NCBI GenBank assembly: GCA_963716255.1
Contig: OY970303.1
Span: 4,896,001-4,960,000, forward strand
Length of the DNA stretch: 64,000 nt
Source of the DNA: an uncultured Gemmatimonadales bacterium
GTDB taxonomy: Bacteria; Gemmatimonadota; Gemmatimonadetes; Longimicrobiales; Longimicrobiaceae
Direction: 5' to 3'
Part shown: positions 48,758-57,993 of the stretch, in pieces
Layout: each line of letters opens with the position of its first letter
How positions within the stretch are numbered: position 1 is the first letter of the stretch
Notes under the pieces: model-generated
What the model saw: only the letters and a program-made list of their open reading frames with translations
Told to the model about the DNA's origin: nothing
The model's database searches: none
Translations under genes and position numbers: made by a program

Positions 48758-50046
48758 GCGGCCTCCTTCTGCGCGAGCAGTGCGTCGATCAGCAGCAGCG
48801 CCTGGCGCCGCGCCAGCTCCCGCAGATCATCCGGGATCGGCGGCCCGTCCGCCGGGCTGGCCAGCGACTGGTACGGCCGCGCCCGCCGCACCTGGGCGGA
48901 GCGCGCGGCGAGGTCGTTCAGGAGCCGCTCCTGCCCGGCGTCGAGCCGCCCGCCCTCCAGCGCGAGGACGAAGCGGGCCAGCACCCCCGGCGCGTCCGCT
49001 CCGCGCGCCAGCTCGTCCAGCTCCACCGCGGGGCGGGTGGCGACCTCCACCCGCTCCACGTGTGCCCTGACGGCGCCGTGCTCCGGGTCCAGCTCAGGCA
49101 GCCGCTCGCGCAGCCGTTCCTCCACGCCGCGGTGCAGCGGGGTGCGCCCGGTCACCCGCACCCGGGCGCTCAGGTGGCGAAGTGGCCCGCATCCCGCCTC
49201 CGCGACGCTCTGCACGTGCGCGCGCACCCCTTCGGCCACGCGCCGGTCCAACTCGTCCCACTCCGCCACGCCGGTGACGTCCACCTCCACTGCGTCGTAG
49301 CGGACGGTGGAGAGCGGGAGGTAGCGTGCCGCGGGTGCCCGGTCCTGCGCCAGCTCCAGCAGCCACGCGCCGTGCGTCCCGGTCTCCCCCGGGTCCAGCG
49401 CCTGCGGGGAGCCCGGGTACAGCAGCGGCGCGGCACCGGGCTGCTCGTGCAGCCGCGGGACGTGCACGTGCCCCAGCAGCCAGCACGACACCGCTGCCGC
49501 GCGCAGCTCGCCGCTCCCCACCGGGGCGTAGGGACTCCCCGGCTGATCCAGGTCCGCGTGAAGCAGCCCGAGCACGGGTACACCGTCACCGGGCAGCGCC
49601 GGGAAGCCACCGGCCAGGGGCGATGCGTGGACGTGCTCCGCCGGAAACGACCATCCCAGCACGTGCAGCGCGGCCTTGCCGTCACGGGGGATCGTCAGCC
49701 CTTCCCAGCACCCGCCGGCACCCAGGAGCCGGAAGCTCTTCCCCAGGCTCGGCGCCAGCGTGGGCAGGACGTCGAAGTCGTGGTTCCCCGCCACCGCGAC
49801 CACGTGGATCCCCGCCGCCGCGAGCCTGCGGACGCCGCGCTCCAGCGGTCCGAATGCCTCGAAGTAGCGATTCTCCCGGTCCACGACGTCGCCGCTGAGC
49901 GCCACCAGGTCCACGCGCTCGTCGATGGCCAGCTCCACCAGGGCACCCCACGCGGCCGTGGCCGAGTGGGCGCGCGCGTCTACGCCGTCCGGGAGGCGCG
50001 ACGAGCGCCGGCCCAGGTGCAGGTCGCCGCTGCAAAGGATCTTCAT
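48754..50046 (-). CDS. Mre11/SbcD-like metallophosphoesterase DNA exonuclease (YhaO family)
   Basis: DLHLG, GDVVD, GNHD, LLH, LGHVH, YPGSPQ. Confidence 0.92.
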   Translation of the reverse strand: MKILCSGDLHLGRRSSRLPDGVDARAHSATAAWGALVELAIDERVDLVALSGDVVDRENRYFEAFGPLERGVRRLAAAGIHVVAVAGNHDFDVLPTLAPSLGKSFRLLGAGGCWEGLTIPRDGKAALHVLGWSFPAEHVHASPLAGGFPALPGDGVPVLGLLHADLDQPGSPYAPVGSGELRAAAVSCWLLGHVHVPRLHEQPGAAPLLYPGSPQALDPGETGTHGAWLLELAQDRAPAARYLPLSTVRYDAVEVDVTGVAEWDELDRRVAEGVRAHVQSVAEAGCGPLRHLSARVRVTGRTPLHRGVEERLRERLPELDPEHGAVRAHVERVEVATRPAVELDELARGADAPGVLARFVLALEGGRLDAGQERLLNDLAARSAQVRRARPYQSLASPADGPPIPDDLRELARRQALLLIDALLAQKEAA

Positions 50047-50305
50047 CAGGGCTTCGGGAGGGTAAAAGAGGAGGGAAACCGCGAGGAGGTCGTCTCGGGG
50101 AAGTTGACGCAGGAAGGTGCATGCACCACGCCATTCACATGAAAGTTAACACTTTCTGCACCCGTGAAAAGGGCTGCGGTGCTCCTGCCGACATGCTCGT
50201 CCGGGATGCTGCCGGGGTAGGGGAAGGAAGCCGGGCTATGCAATGCACCATGCCGGTGAACAACGACCGATCAACCGTCCCTGGTATGCCGATTTTCCGT
50301 GCCGG

Positions 50306-52507
50306 TCACGATTCGGCCGTGGGAGCGCGCAGTGCGGATTCCAACGCGCGCAGCGCTCCCGGCGTATCCAGCCGGGAGGATGCGTAGTCCGCCGCCAGCA
50401 GCGCGTCGGCGAGGTACCCGTGGTGCTTCTCGACGTGTTTGTTTGCCACCTGCTCCGCCAGCGCCCGCCCGTCCGCCAGTCCCGCCGCCGCGAGACCCCG
50501 GACCACCTCGGTGAAGTCATGTGGATCCGGGCCGCGGACGTGGACGGCGCCCGCCTCCGCGCTGGCGGAGAGCCCTGCGGCCTGCAGCTGGAGCAGCAGC
50601 GTGCCGAGCACGCGGTCGCCCACCCAGGGGAACCAGAGCGTGCCGTGGTCCCACCCCAGGAGCGCGCTCTCGACGAGCCCCAGCCTTCGGAACTCGGCGC
50701 GGGCCTCCGCCAGCAGCCCCTGCGCCTCACCGTCCAGGAACGGCGGTGCGTCGTCCGCGAGGTAGACGGCCCGCATCTCCCCGCGCACCCGGTCGTGCAC
50801 CGCGGCCCCGCCCCCGCCGAACCGCGGCGGCTGCCCACCGCCCGCCGGGGCCAGGTGGATGACCTTCCGCTCCTCGTCCACCTCCATCACCATCCAGCGC
50901 CGCCCCGCGAAGATCAGCGTCATCCGTGCCGTCACCGGGTACACGATCGGGAGCGTCCCCAGCGTGCGCGACCCCGCCTCCAGCCGGTACTCCTCCGGCG
51001 TGGTGAACGCCGCGTAGAAGTCGTACGCGTTCACCACCCGCTCGCCCGCGCCGCCCAGCACCAGCGCTCCCGTGTGCACCTGCGACACCAGCCCCGCCCG
51101 GCCCAGGTCGCGCAGCAGCTCGGCGAAGGTGCCCGTGTCCACCTCGCGGAACGGGCCCGTCCCGCAGAGCAGCCGCCACGCCTGCTGAGCGGTGACCTCC
51201 CCGTGCTGGGCGACCACCGAGAGCACCTGCTGCACCAGCGTGGAGAGGTGCAGCGCCCCGGCTGCCGGCGGCTCGTACCATCGCCGCGCCAGCAGGCGCA
51301 CCATCGCCACGGTCTGCACCAGCCCGGCGCGCAGCCGACCGTGCGGCGGCGTGTCCGCGCGGATCTCCGGCTCGCGCAGGTAGACGCGCAGCACCGCCGG
51401 CTCGCCGCGCCGCCCCGAGCGCCCCAGCCGCTGCCGCATGCTCGCCACCGAGGGCGGCGGGCCGATCTGCGCGATGCTCTCCACCGCGCCCACGTCGATC
51501 CCCAGCTCCAGCGTGGTGGTGGCGATCACCGTCGCCGGTCGCCCCTCCGCGCGCAGCGCGTCCTCCGCCTCCTCGCGGAGCCCCCGCTCCAGGCTCCCGT
51601 GGTGCGGCCAGAACTCGTTCGGCACCCGCAGCGCCTCGCAGCGGCGGCGCAGACGGTCGGCGAAGTGCTCCACGTCGGCGCGGCGGTTGGCGAACGCCAG
51701 GTGCCGGCCGCCGCGCAGCACCCGGAACAGGTCCCCTTCCAGGCGGTCCGCTCCGGGGTCCGGCGCGTCGTCCTTCTCCTCCTCGGCCCGCCCCACCCGG
51801 TATCCGCGCACCTGCAGCTGCACCTCCGAGCGGTTGCGGTCGGAGACCACGCGGTGCACCCGCTCGCCCCCGCCGGGCCGCAGCAGCGCGCACGCGGCAT
51901 CCAGGTCGCCTATCGTGGCCGAGAGGGCGATCCGCGGGACCCGCCGCCGCACCGCCGTCTCCAGCCGGTGCAGGAGCGACTGGAGCTGCATCCCGCGCTC
52001 GGTGCCGATGAAGGCGTGGAACTCGTCCACCACCACGTGGCGCAACCCCGCGAAGAGGTGAGGCACCTGGTGCCCGCGCCGGACGAAGAGCGCCTCAAGC
52101 GACTCCGGGGTGATGAGCAGCACGCCGGCTCGCCCCTGCAGCACCTCGCGCTTGCGGGCCTGGGCCACGTCGCCGTGCCAGCGGTGGACGGGGAGGTCCA
52201 CCGCCTCGAACAGCGACTCCAGCCGGCGGTGCTGGTCGTTGATGAGGGCCTTGAGCGGGCTGACGCAGAGCGCGCCGATCCCGTCCGGCGGGTGCACGGA
52301 CAGCGCGCTCGCCACGGGGAGGAACGCCGCCTCCGTCTTGCCGCTCGCCGTGCCGGAGGAGATCAGGACGTCCGCCTCCCCCGCGAGCACCGGCGCCACC
52401 GCCTGCTCCTGGATGTCGCGCAGCGCGCTCCAGCCCTGTTTCCAGAGCCAGCGCTGGACGGGCGGGGCGAGGAGGGCGAAGGCGCCGGAGGCGGCGGTCT
52501 GCGTCAC
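50306..52507 (-). CDS. sngC: Lhr-like DEAD/DEAH helicase, Shango SngC-like
   Basis: LRDIQ, SGTASGKTE, SPLKALIND, DEFH, LSAT, HHGS, TTTLELGID, QRLGRSGR; third gene of the TerB-ATPase-helicase triad. Confidence 0.85.
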   Translation of the reverse strand: MTQTAASGAFALLAPPVQRWLWKQGWSALRDIQEQAVAPVLAGEADVLISSGTASGKTEAAFLPVASALSVHPPDGIGALCVSPLKALINDQHRRLESLFEAVDLPVHRWHGDVAQARKREVLQGRAGVLLITPESLEALFVRRGHQVPHLFAGLRHVVVDEFHAFIGTERGMQLQSLLHRLETAVRRRVPRIALSATIGDLDAACALLRPGGGERVHRVVSDRNRSEVQLQVRGYRVGRAEEEKDDAPDPGADRLEGDLFRVLRGGRHLAFANRRADVEHFADRLRRRCEALRVPNEFWPHHGSLERGLREEAEDALRAEGRPATVIATTTLELGIDVGAVESIAQIGPPPSVASMRQRLGRSGRRGEPAVLRVYLREPEIRADTPPHGRLRAGLVQTVAMVRLLARRWYEPPAAGALHLSTLVQQVLSVVAQHGEVTAQQAWRLLCGTGPFREVDTGTFAELLRDLGRAGLVSQVHTGALVLGGAGERVVNAYDFYAAFTTPEEYRLEAGSRTLGTLPIVYPVTARMTLIFAGRRWMVMEVDEERKVIHLAPAGGGQPPRFGGGGAAVHDRVRGEMRAVYLADDAPPFLDGEAQGLLAEARAEFRRLGLVESALLGWDHGTLWFPWVGDRVLGTLLLQLQAAGLSASAEAGAVHVRGPDPHDFTEVVRGLAAAGLADGRALAEQVANKHVEKHHGYLADALLAADYASSRLDTPGALRALESALRAPTAES

Positions 52508-52520
52508 GCGTGCGCTCCGC

Positions 52521-53849
52521 CTACAGCTGGAACGTGGTCAGCGCGTCCTCTCCGGCGGGCGCCGCATCCTCGTCTCCCGGGAGCGGCTCCAGGTCGGGGT
52601 TCTGCTCGGGGCGCACCTCGACCGCCCCCAGGAGCTCGCGCCAGCTCGCGTCGGGGTTCTGCTCCAGCACCGCCAGGAGCTGGACGAAGGCGCGGATGCT
52701 GGTTCGCGGCGTCTGGAAGTACGCCGCCCCGATGCGGGTGTGGCAGTGCTCCATGAAGGCGTGCAGCGCCTCGTCCGGGAGCACGTGCGCAGCCGGGTCG
52801 CCCGCGGCCTGCACGTGCCGGAGCTTGGTGAGAAGCACGAACAGCTCCTCGGGGGTGAGGCTCGCCAGGCGGACGACGGGCCCGGTGAGGTCCTTGAGCC
52901 CGCCCGCCGCGAAGGCGTTCTCCGCCAGGCGGGACTGCAGCGCCTCGTAGCTGTAGAGGCCGCGCCGCGTGTCCATCAGGAACTCCGGGGTGCCGCCCAT
53001 CAGGAAGCCGAGGTGGCGCGCGCTCCCCTGCAGGCAGTCGTTCACGATGCGCAGCACCTGCTCGTAGTTGGCCTTGCGCGCCTGCGTGTGCGAGAGCTTG
53101 TAGAGGTTCACCATCTCGTCCAGCACCACTACCAGCCCGCCGTACCCCGCCTGCACCGTGAACAGCGCGAAGAGCTTGAGCTGGTCGTAGACGCCGGCGT
53201 CGTCCACGATGGTGCGCACGCCCAGCTCCGCCCGCGCGTCCGTCCGGGTGGTGTACTCCCCGCGCAGCCAGCGGACCGCGGCGGACTTGAGCGCCTCGTT
53301 CCCCTCGGAGTGGCCGCGCCAGTAGGCGGCGACCACCGCCGCGAAGTCGTAGCCGCCCACCATCTCCGCCAGCTCCGCGAGCCGGGCGCGGATCACCGTG
53401 TCAGGCTCCGCCCCCTGCTGGTCCGCCTCCTGGCGGGCGCGGGTGACGAAGCGCTCCACCACCCCGGCAAGGGCTCCGCCTTCCGGGTGGGTGCGGGTCG
53501 CCATGTTGTGGGCCAGCTCGGCGTAGAGGTTGCGCGCCTGGCCGCCCGTGGCGTGCAGCCGCCGATCCGGGTTCAGGTCCGCATGCACGGTGACCAGTCC
53601 CTTCTCCAGCGCGACGGAGCGCACCAGGTTCAGGAAGAAGGTCTTTCCGGCCCCGTACTCCCCGATCACCAGGCGCACGGCGGAGCCGCCGTCGGCGACG
53701 CGCTCCACGTCGCGCAGCAGGGCCCGGATCTCGTCCGCGCGCCCGACCTGGATGTGCTGCTGCCCGCGGCGCGGCACCACGCCGGCCGCGAGGGACTGGA
53801 GGATGGCGTCGCGGTCCCGGGGACGGATGCGCTCGGCGGCCTGGCTCAT
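52521..53849 (-). CDS. sngB: DUF2791 / BrxD-like P-loop ATPase, Shango SngB-like
   Basis: SL.AGVVPRRG..HIQVGR..E, GEYGAGKTF, VVLDEMVNL, YSYEALQSRL. Start MSQAAE at 53849. Confidence 0.88.
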   Translation of the reverse strand: MSQAAERIRPRDRDAILQSLAAGVVPRRGQQHIQVGRADEIRALLRDVERVADGGSAVRLVIGEYGAGKTFFLNLVRSVALEKGLVTVHADLNPDRRLHATGGQARNLYAELAHNMATRTHPEGGALAGVVERFVTRARQEADQQGAEPDTVIRARLAELAEMVGGYDFAAVVAAYWRGHSEGNEALKSAAVRWLRGEYTTRTDARAELGVRTIVDDAGVYDQLKLFALFTVQAGYGGLVVVLDEMVNLYKLSHTQARKANYEQVLRIVNDCLQGSARHLGFLMGGTPEFLMDTRRGLYSYEALQSRLAENAFAAGGLKDLTGPVVRLASLTPEELFVLLTKLRHVQAAGDPAAHVLPDEALHAFMEHCHTRIGAAYFQTPRTSIRAFVQLLAVLEQNPDASWRELLGAVEVRPEQNPDLEPLPGDEDAAPAGEDALTTFQL

Positions 53850-56323
53850 GCGAACATCTCCTCTCGCGCGTAGGCGTTCACTTCGATGGGGTCGGTGCCC
53901 TCCAGGAGCGGCTCGTCGCAGAGCTGGAAGGCGGCGTCGTTGATGGTCTCCATGGCGCCCGCGGCCATCAGCCCGTGCCGCTCGGCGAGCGCGGCCAGCT
54001 CGGCGGCCGGCCATTCCGTCCGCTCGCCGAGGGCGCGCACGAAGGCGGAATGCGCCGCGTCCAGCCCCGGGAGGCGGCCGTCCGGCTCCGACGGGGGGGC
54101 GGGCTCGTCCTCGGCGGGCAGCGGGGAGGACGCGAGTGGTGCGGGTGCGGCAGCCTCCTCGGGCTCGTCCGCGGCGAACACCGAGGCAAGGACCCGGGTG
54201 ACCTCCCGCGTGTCGTGCTGGATGGCCGCGATCCTGGCGGTGTCCAGCGTGAACCCCACGCGCGCGGGGGCCCGCTCCGGCTCCGGGCGGGGGATGGCGT
54301 ACTCGGTCGCCGGCTCGGCCGGGAGCACCGTCACGGGAGCCGTGCCGCCGGCGGCGAGCGCGTGCACGTCCGCGTACACCTGCTTCTCGTCCAGCCCAAG
54401 CAGGGGGTAGACCCGCGCGAGCATCCGCACCTCCGCGGGGCTGACGTGTCCGTCCGCTCCCGCGATGGCCACCAGCGCGCGCGCCACCGTGGCGCGCCGC
54501 TCCGCCGGGAGCTGCTCCACCTGCTTCTTCAGCCCGGCCGCGCTCGGCGGACAGGCGCGGAGCCATGCCAGGTGCGCCCGCAGGCGCGCGCGGTCCGCCG
54601 GGTTCAGGCGGTACGACGCCTCCAGGTGCCGCTCGATCTCCTCCTCCTCCGCCCGGGCGAGCTCGTCCGAGCCGGCCACCGCGGCCGCGAGGTTCAGCAG
54701 CAGCGTCGCCTGGACGAGGTCCGGTCCGGGAACGGGCGCCTCCTCGGGGAGGAGGAACACCGTCGCGAACTCCCCCTGCGACGGGTTGATCCCCGTGTGC
54801 CGTACGTCGGGAGCGATCCCCAGCCCGCATTTCTCCAGCAGCTCCGTCACGCCTTCGGCCTCTTTCTTGGACAGGCGGTCCCCCCGCTGGCCCGGCCAGT
54901 GGTGGGTCAGGAGGGAGGCGGACACCGTGCCGTGGCCGTCCGCGCCGAGCGTGCTCATCAGGTCGGCCAGCAGCGGCGGAGCCTTGCGGCGGACCCGCTT
55001 GCGCAGCACCTCGGGCGGGAGAAGCGCGAGAGCGGCCAGGCTGTCGCCTTCACCGGTGCGGCCCACCCAGCGGCTGTAGCGGTCCAGCGTGTCCGTCGCC
55101 GCGTCGGCGACCTGGCGGAGGCGGTCCAGGGGCGCCTGCAGGACCCCCACGTCCGGCAGGTCGTCGATCGTGGCGCGGAACGCCCGCCCCGAGAAAGAGG
55201 CGCTGGCGGGCTGGTACGTGACCGCCAGCGGCGTCCGGTTCGGCTTCAGCGCCATGCCCTCGCCGAAGCGCTCGCGGTAGCGCTGCTTGAAGGCCGCCTC
55301 GAACTCCTCCGGGCAGCGCGTCGCGGCCGTCCGCAGAGAGCACTGCGGCGAGAGCCGGAGCCAGGCGAGCGCCCAGTCGGCCGGCACCGGCATCCTCGAC
55401 ACGGCGAACCGACCGAGCGCGATGCGGACTCCGATGGGAAGCTCGTAGCCGCCGCGACCTGCAGGAATGGACGGCTTCTCCAGGTCTAGAAGGCCGTGAC
55501 GGGCACGCGCGAAGTCCAGGAGGCGGGACGCGTAGGCGCGGAAGGAGCCGTTCTCCCGGTAGATCCCGAGGAGCCGTTCGACCTCGGCCACGAGCGCCGG
55601 GATCTCCGCCGCCGCGTCTCCTCCCGCTTCGGCGTCCACGAGCACACGGCGCTCGATCCCGTAGAAGAACAGGAACACGCACCCGATGTCCACCCGTGGG
55701 TCGCGCCGTCCGCCCGCCAGCCAGTGCAGGTACTTCCCGCGGAAGCCGGGGGACACGCCCGAATAGGACGGCCAGTACGAGGCCGCCGACTGGGCGATGT
55801 CATGGGGGTCGAGCGAAGTCTTCAGATGCGGATCGATGAGGGCGGGCTCGGCTCCACCCCATTCGGCGACGGCCCGCAGCCCCGTGCCGACGTACACCAT
55901 GCCGCCTGGAATGTCATGTCCTGCCACTTCGACTCGCTCGCCGGGTGCGATCCACCGTGCTCGCTTCGAAGCCGGCGAGGACGGAGCCTGGCGCACGGTG
56001 CCTGGCCCGGCTACCGGGCTCGCGCCCGCCTCTGGAACTCTGATCGGTTGTTGCAGCGCCGGGGGATTGGGGTCGGTGGGCGGAGCGGGTCGTCGGGTGG
56101 ACGCTCCACCGGGATGAACCGATGCAGGCGCAACGGACCGCTCGACCGTTCCACGGGGGGCCGGCTCTATGGACGGTGCGGACCCCGCGCTCGTCGGCGC
56201 CTGGCTCAGCGAGTCTCGCTCGGGGGCCGGGGGCGCGTTGCCGGGTTTAGTGGCAGACGCGGACTGGCGAACCACGAACCAGACGACACCAACCACCAGC
56301 AGCAAGAGAAGAATTGAAGTCAT
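53846..56323 (-). CDS. sngA: TerB_N - TerB - TerB_C protein with N-terminal TM anchor, Shango SngA-like
   Basis: GGMVYVG, YWPSY......R..YL.WLAGGR, IG.VFLFFYG.ERR; ADGHVSPAE; METINDAAF...DEPLLEG.DPIEVN. Confidence 0.88.
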   Translation of the reverse strand: MTSILLLLLVVGVVWFVVRQSASATKPGNAPPAPERDSLSQAPTSAGSAPSIEPAPRGTVERSVAPASVHPGGASTRRPAPPTDPNPPALQQPIRVPEAGASPVAGPGTVRQAPSSPASKRARWIAPGERVEVAGHDIPGGMVYVGTGLRAVAEWGGAEPALIDPHLKTSLDPHDIAQSAASYWPSYSGVSPGFRGKYLHWLAGGRRDPRVDIGCVFLFFYGIERRVLVDAEAGGDAAAEIPALVAEVERLLGIYRENGSFRAYASRLLDFARARHGLLDLEKPSIPAGRGGYELPIGVRIALGRFAVSRMPVPADWALAWLRLSPQCSLRTAATRCPEEFEAAFKQRYRERFGEGMALKPNRTPLAVTYQPASASFSGRAFRATIDDLPDVGVLQAPLDRLRQVADAATDTLDRYSRWVGRTGEGDSLAALALLPPEVLRKRVRRKAPPLLADLMSTLGADGHGTVSASLLTHHWPGQRGDRLSKKEAEGVTELLEKCGLGIAPDVRHTGINPSQGEFATVFLLPEEAPVPGPDLVQATLLLNLAAAVAGSDELARAEEEEIERHLEASYRLNPADRARLRAHLAWLRACPPSAAGLKKQVEQLPAERRATVARALVAIAGADGHVSPAEVRMLARVYPLLGLDEKQVYADVHALAAGGTAPVTVLPAEPATEYAIPRPEPERAPARVGFTLDTARIAAIQHDTREVTRVLASVFAADEPEEAAAPAPLASSPLPAEDEPAPPSEPDGRLPGLDAAHSAFVRALGERTEWPAAELAALAERHGLMAAGAMETINDAAFQLCDEPLLEGTDPIEVNAYAREEMFA

Positions 56324-56550
56324 GCGGAGGGAGTCCAGGCGGAGCTGGGACCAACCAGGGGGAAAGAATCATAGCAGGAACGTTTGATCCGGTCAAAGCT
56401 CCGGGGCCGCGTATTCCCTGGCGGCAGCCCGTGCTTCACAATAAAGCTTTCGGTCTCACTTGATATCGTGGCTGGGGCATGCCCTGTGGCTCGGCACCAC
56501 GTCCCCGGTGAATCCTGCCGGGTGCATGCCCCGGATCGGCGAGTGCGTCC

Positions 56551-57993
56551 CTACATGTAATAGCTGTACCTGCTCTCGATCCGTCCGTCGGCCTCGACGT
56601 ACTTCAGGATCTGGCCGACGCTCCGTGCGGCGTGAACGGTGATGGGCTCTGACTGGTCGAACTGGGTCTTGTTCCAGTTCATCTTCGTGAGCGACAGGAT
56701 CTCCCGGGAGAGAGACCGCGGAGTACTCATCGTCTCGTCACAGTGGAAGTGGAGCGGTCGGGGCACGTACATCCCCGGATAGGTCCGGAAGAAGTCCACG
56801 CTTCCACGTGTGTACAGCAGGTGCTCCCGCGCCGACAGGGCTACCGTGCTCCCTCGCAGCACCGGGTACGCACCCGCCCGGAACAACCGGGGTGCGGCGC
56901 GGTCGGTCATGCTCACGAAGTCCACACGTCCGATCCTCTCCTCCTCGAGGGCAGCGCTGAACCCTTCTCGCTCGGCAGCGTTGAACCGCGAGGTCTTGTG
57001 AAGTACGACTCGCGCCGGCGCGGTTTCATGCTCCAGCCGATAATGCTTCAACGCCTGGACGAGGAGGTTCTGTGCATCCTGTTCCTCCAGGTGCGGCGTT
57101 CGGTCGCTCTTCGAGAGCCTGATGGGGGCGCCCCGGACGACGATGCCATCGCCACGCTCGTCGAAGATCTGCGCCATGCTCGTCAGGAGGTTCGATCGGT
57201 CCACAGCGTAGTAGAAGCTGACCCCCACGAAGCACGTCTGGAACTCACTCCGGTCGCGGATAAGTCGCCAGGGCAAGCCGCCGGCCTTGTAGTAGAGCGC
57301 CGTGTGGAAGTTCCACGCGCTCGTCGCCGCGTCTTGCAGGGCACGGGTCTGCTGAGGCTTTTTCTTCTGCCGTCGGCGCTGCCCAGGATCGTATGTGCCC
57401 GGCAGCACGAGCTGCGTGGGGATCCCGATCTGCATGGCGCGCGACTTCAGGAGGTCATGGAAGTCCAGCAACCCGTCTCCCGCCCCCCGCTTGCCCCCGC
57501 CGGGGCGAAGGTCGGGGTCCATCAGGGCCTCGATCTCCGGGGGGACTGCGCAGAGGAAGACGTCAGGTCCACCTTTCTCCTTCACGAACTGCATCTCCGC
57601 GGCGAACCGGTCGACGGCAGCGGCAACGACCACGTTGTGATCTCCAGAGCGAGCGATGCGCTCCACGTCCCGGGCCGCAACCTCCCGGTTGAAGGCGGTG
57701 TCGAGGACAAGCGTTGAGCGAAACGCCTCCTCTGGATTGAATCCCGGGAAACGAGGGAAGAGGTTCGGCTGACGGCTCTGTTTCGCCGGGATCTCAGCCC
57801 GGCACCGCTCGAGCCAGAGTTGGAGGCCCTCGGCGTTCGCCGGCGTTCCGATCACCCCCACGTGGATGCGCTTGGGTGCCCGGCCGGCCTCGACGTCGGC
57901 CGGGCCGTAGTCCATGATCCCGAACCGGATATCGATGTGGCGACCGCCGCCGCCGAACTCGAGTTCGGGCTCGTCGATGAAGTCGAAGGTCAT
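56551..57993 (-). CDS. ago: Short prokaryotic Argonaute (MID-PIWI only, catalytically inactive PIWI)
   Basis: IDEPELEFG, FHDLLK...PTQL, ALYYKAGG.PW, CFVGVSF, HKTSRF, LRG, YPG.YVPRPL, LTKMNWN, PITV; about 480 aa. Confidence 0.92.
   Translation of the reverse strand: MTFDFIDEPELEFGGGGRHIDIRFGIMDYGPADVEAGRAPKRIHVGVIGTPANAEGLQLWLERCRAEIPAKQSRQPNLFPRFPGFNPEEAFRSTLVLDTAFNREVAARDVERIARSGDHNVVVAAAVDRFAAEMQFVKEKGGPDVFLCAVPPEIEALMDPDLRPGGGKRGAGDGLLDFHDLLKSRAMQIGIPTQLVLPGTYDPGQRRRQKKKPQQTRALQDAATSAWNFHTALYYKAGGLPWRLIRDRSEFQTCFVGVSFYYAVDRSNLLTSMAQIFDERGDGIVVRGAPIRLSKSDRTPHLEEQDAQNLLVQALKHYRLEHETAPARVVLHKTSRFNAAEREGFSAALEEERIGRVDFVSMTDRAAPRLFRAGAYPVLRGSTVALSAREHLLYTRGSVDFFRTYPGMYVPRPLHFHCDETMSTPRSLSREILSLTKMNWNKTQFDQSEPITVHAARSVGQILKYVEADGRIESRYSYYM

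Noticed and set aside
52521..53849. BREX type 2 (BrxD/BrxHI) assignment
   Set aside because: No PglX, PglZ or PglY; the TerB partner fits Shango.
56324..56550. tRNA or ncRNA in the spacer between ago and the TerB gene
   Set aside because: Only a GGGGCATGC/GCATGCCCC hairpin is visible; no cloverleaf or T-loop/CCA features.
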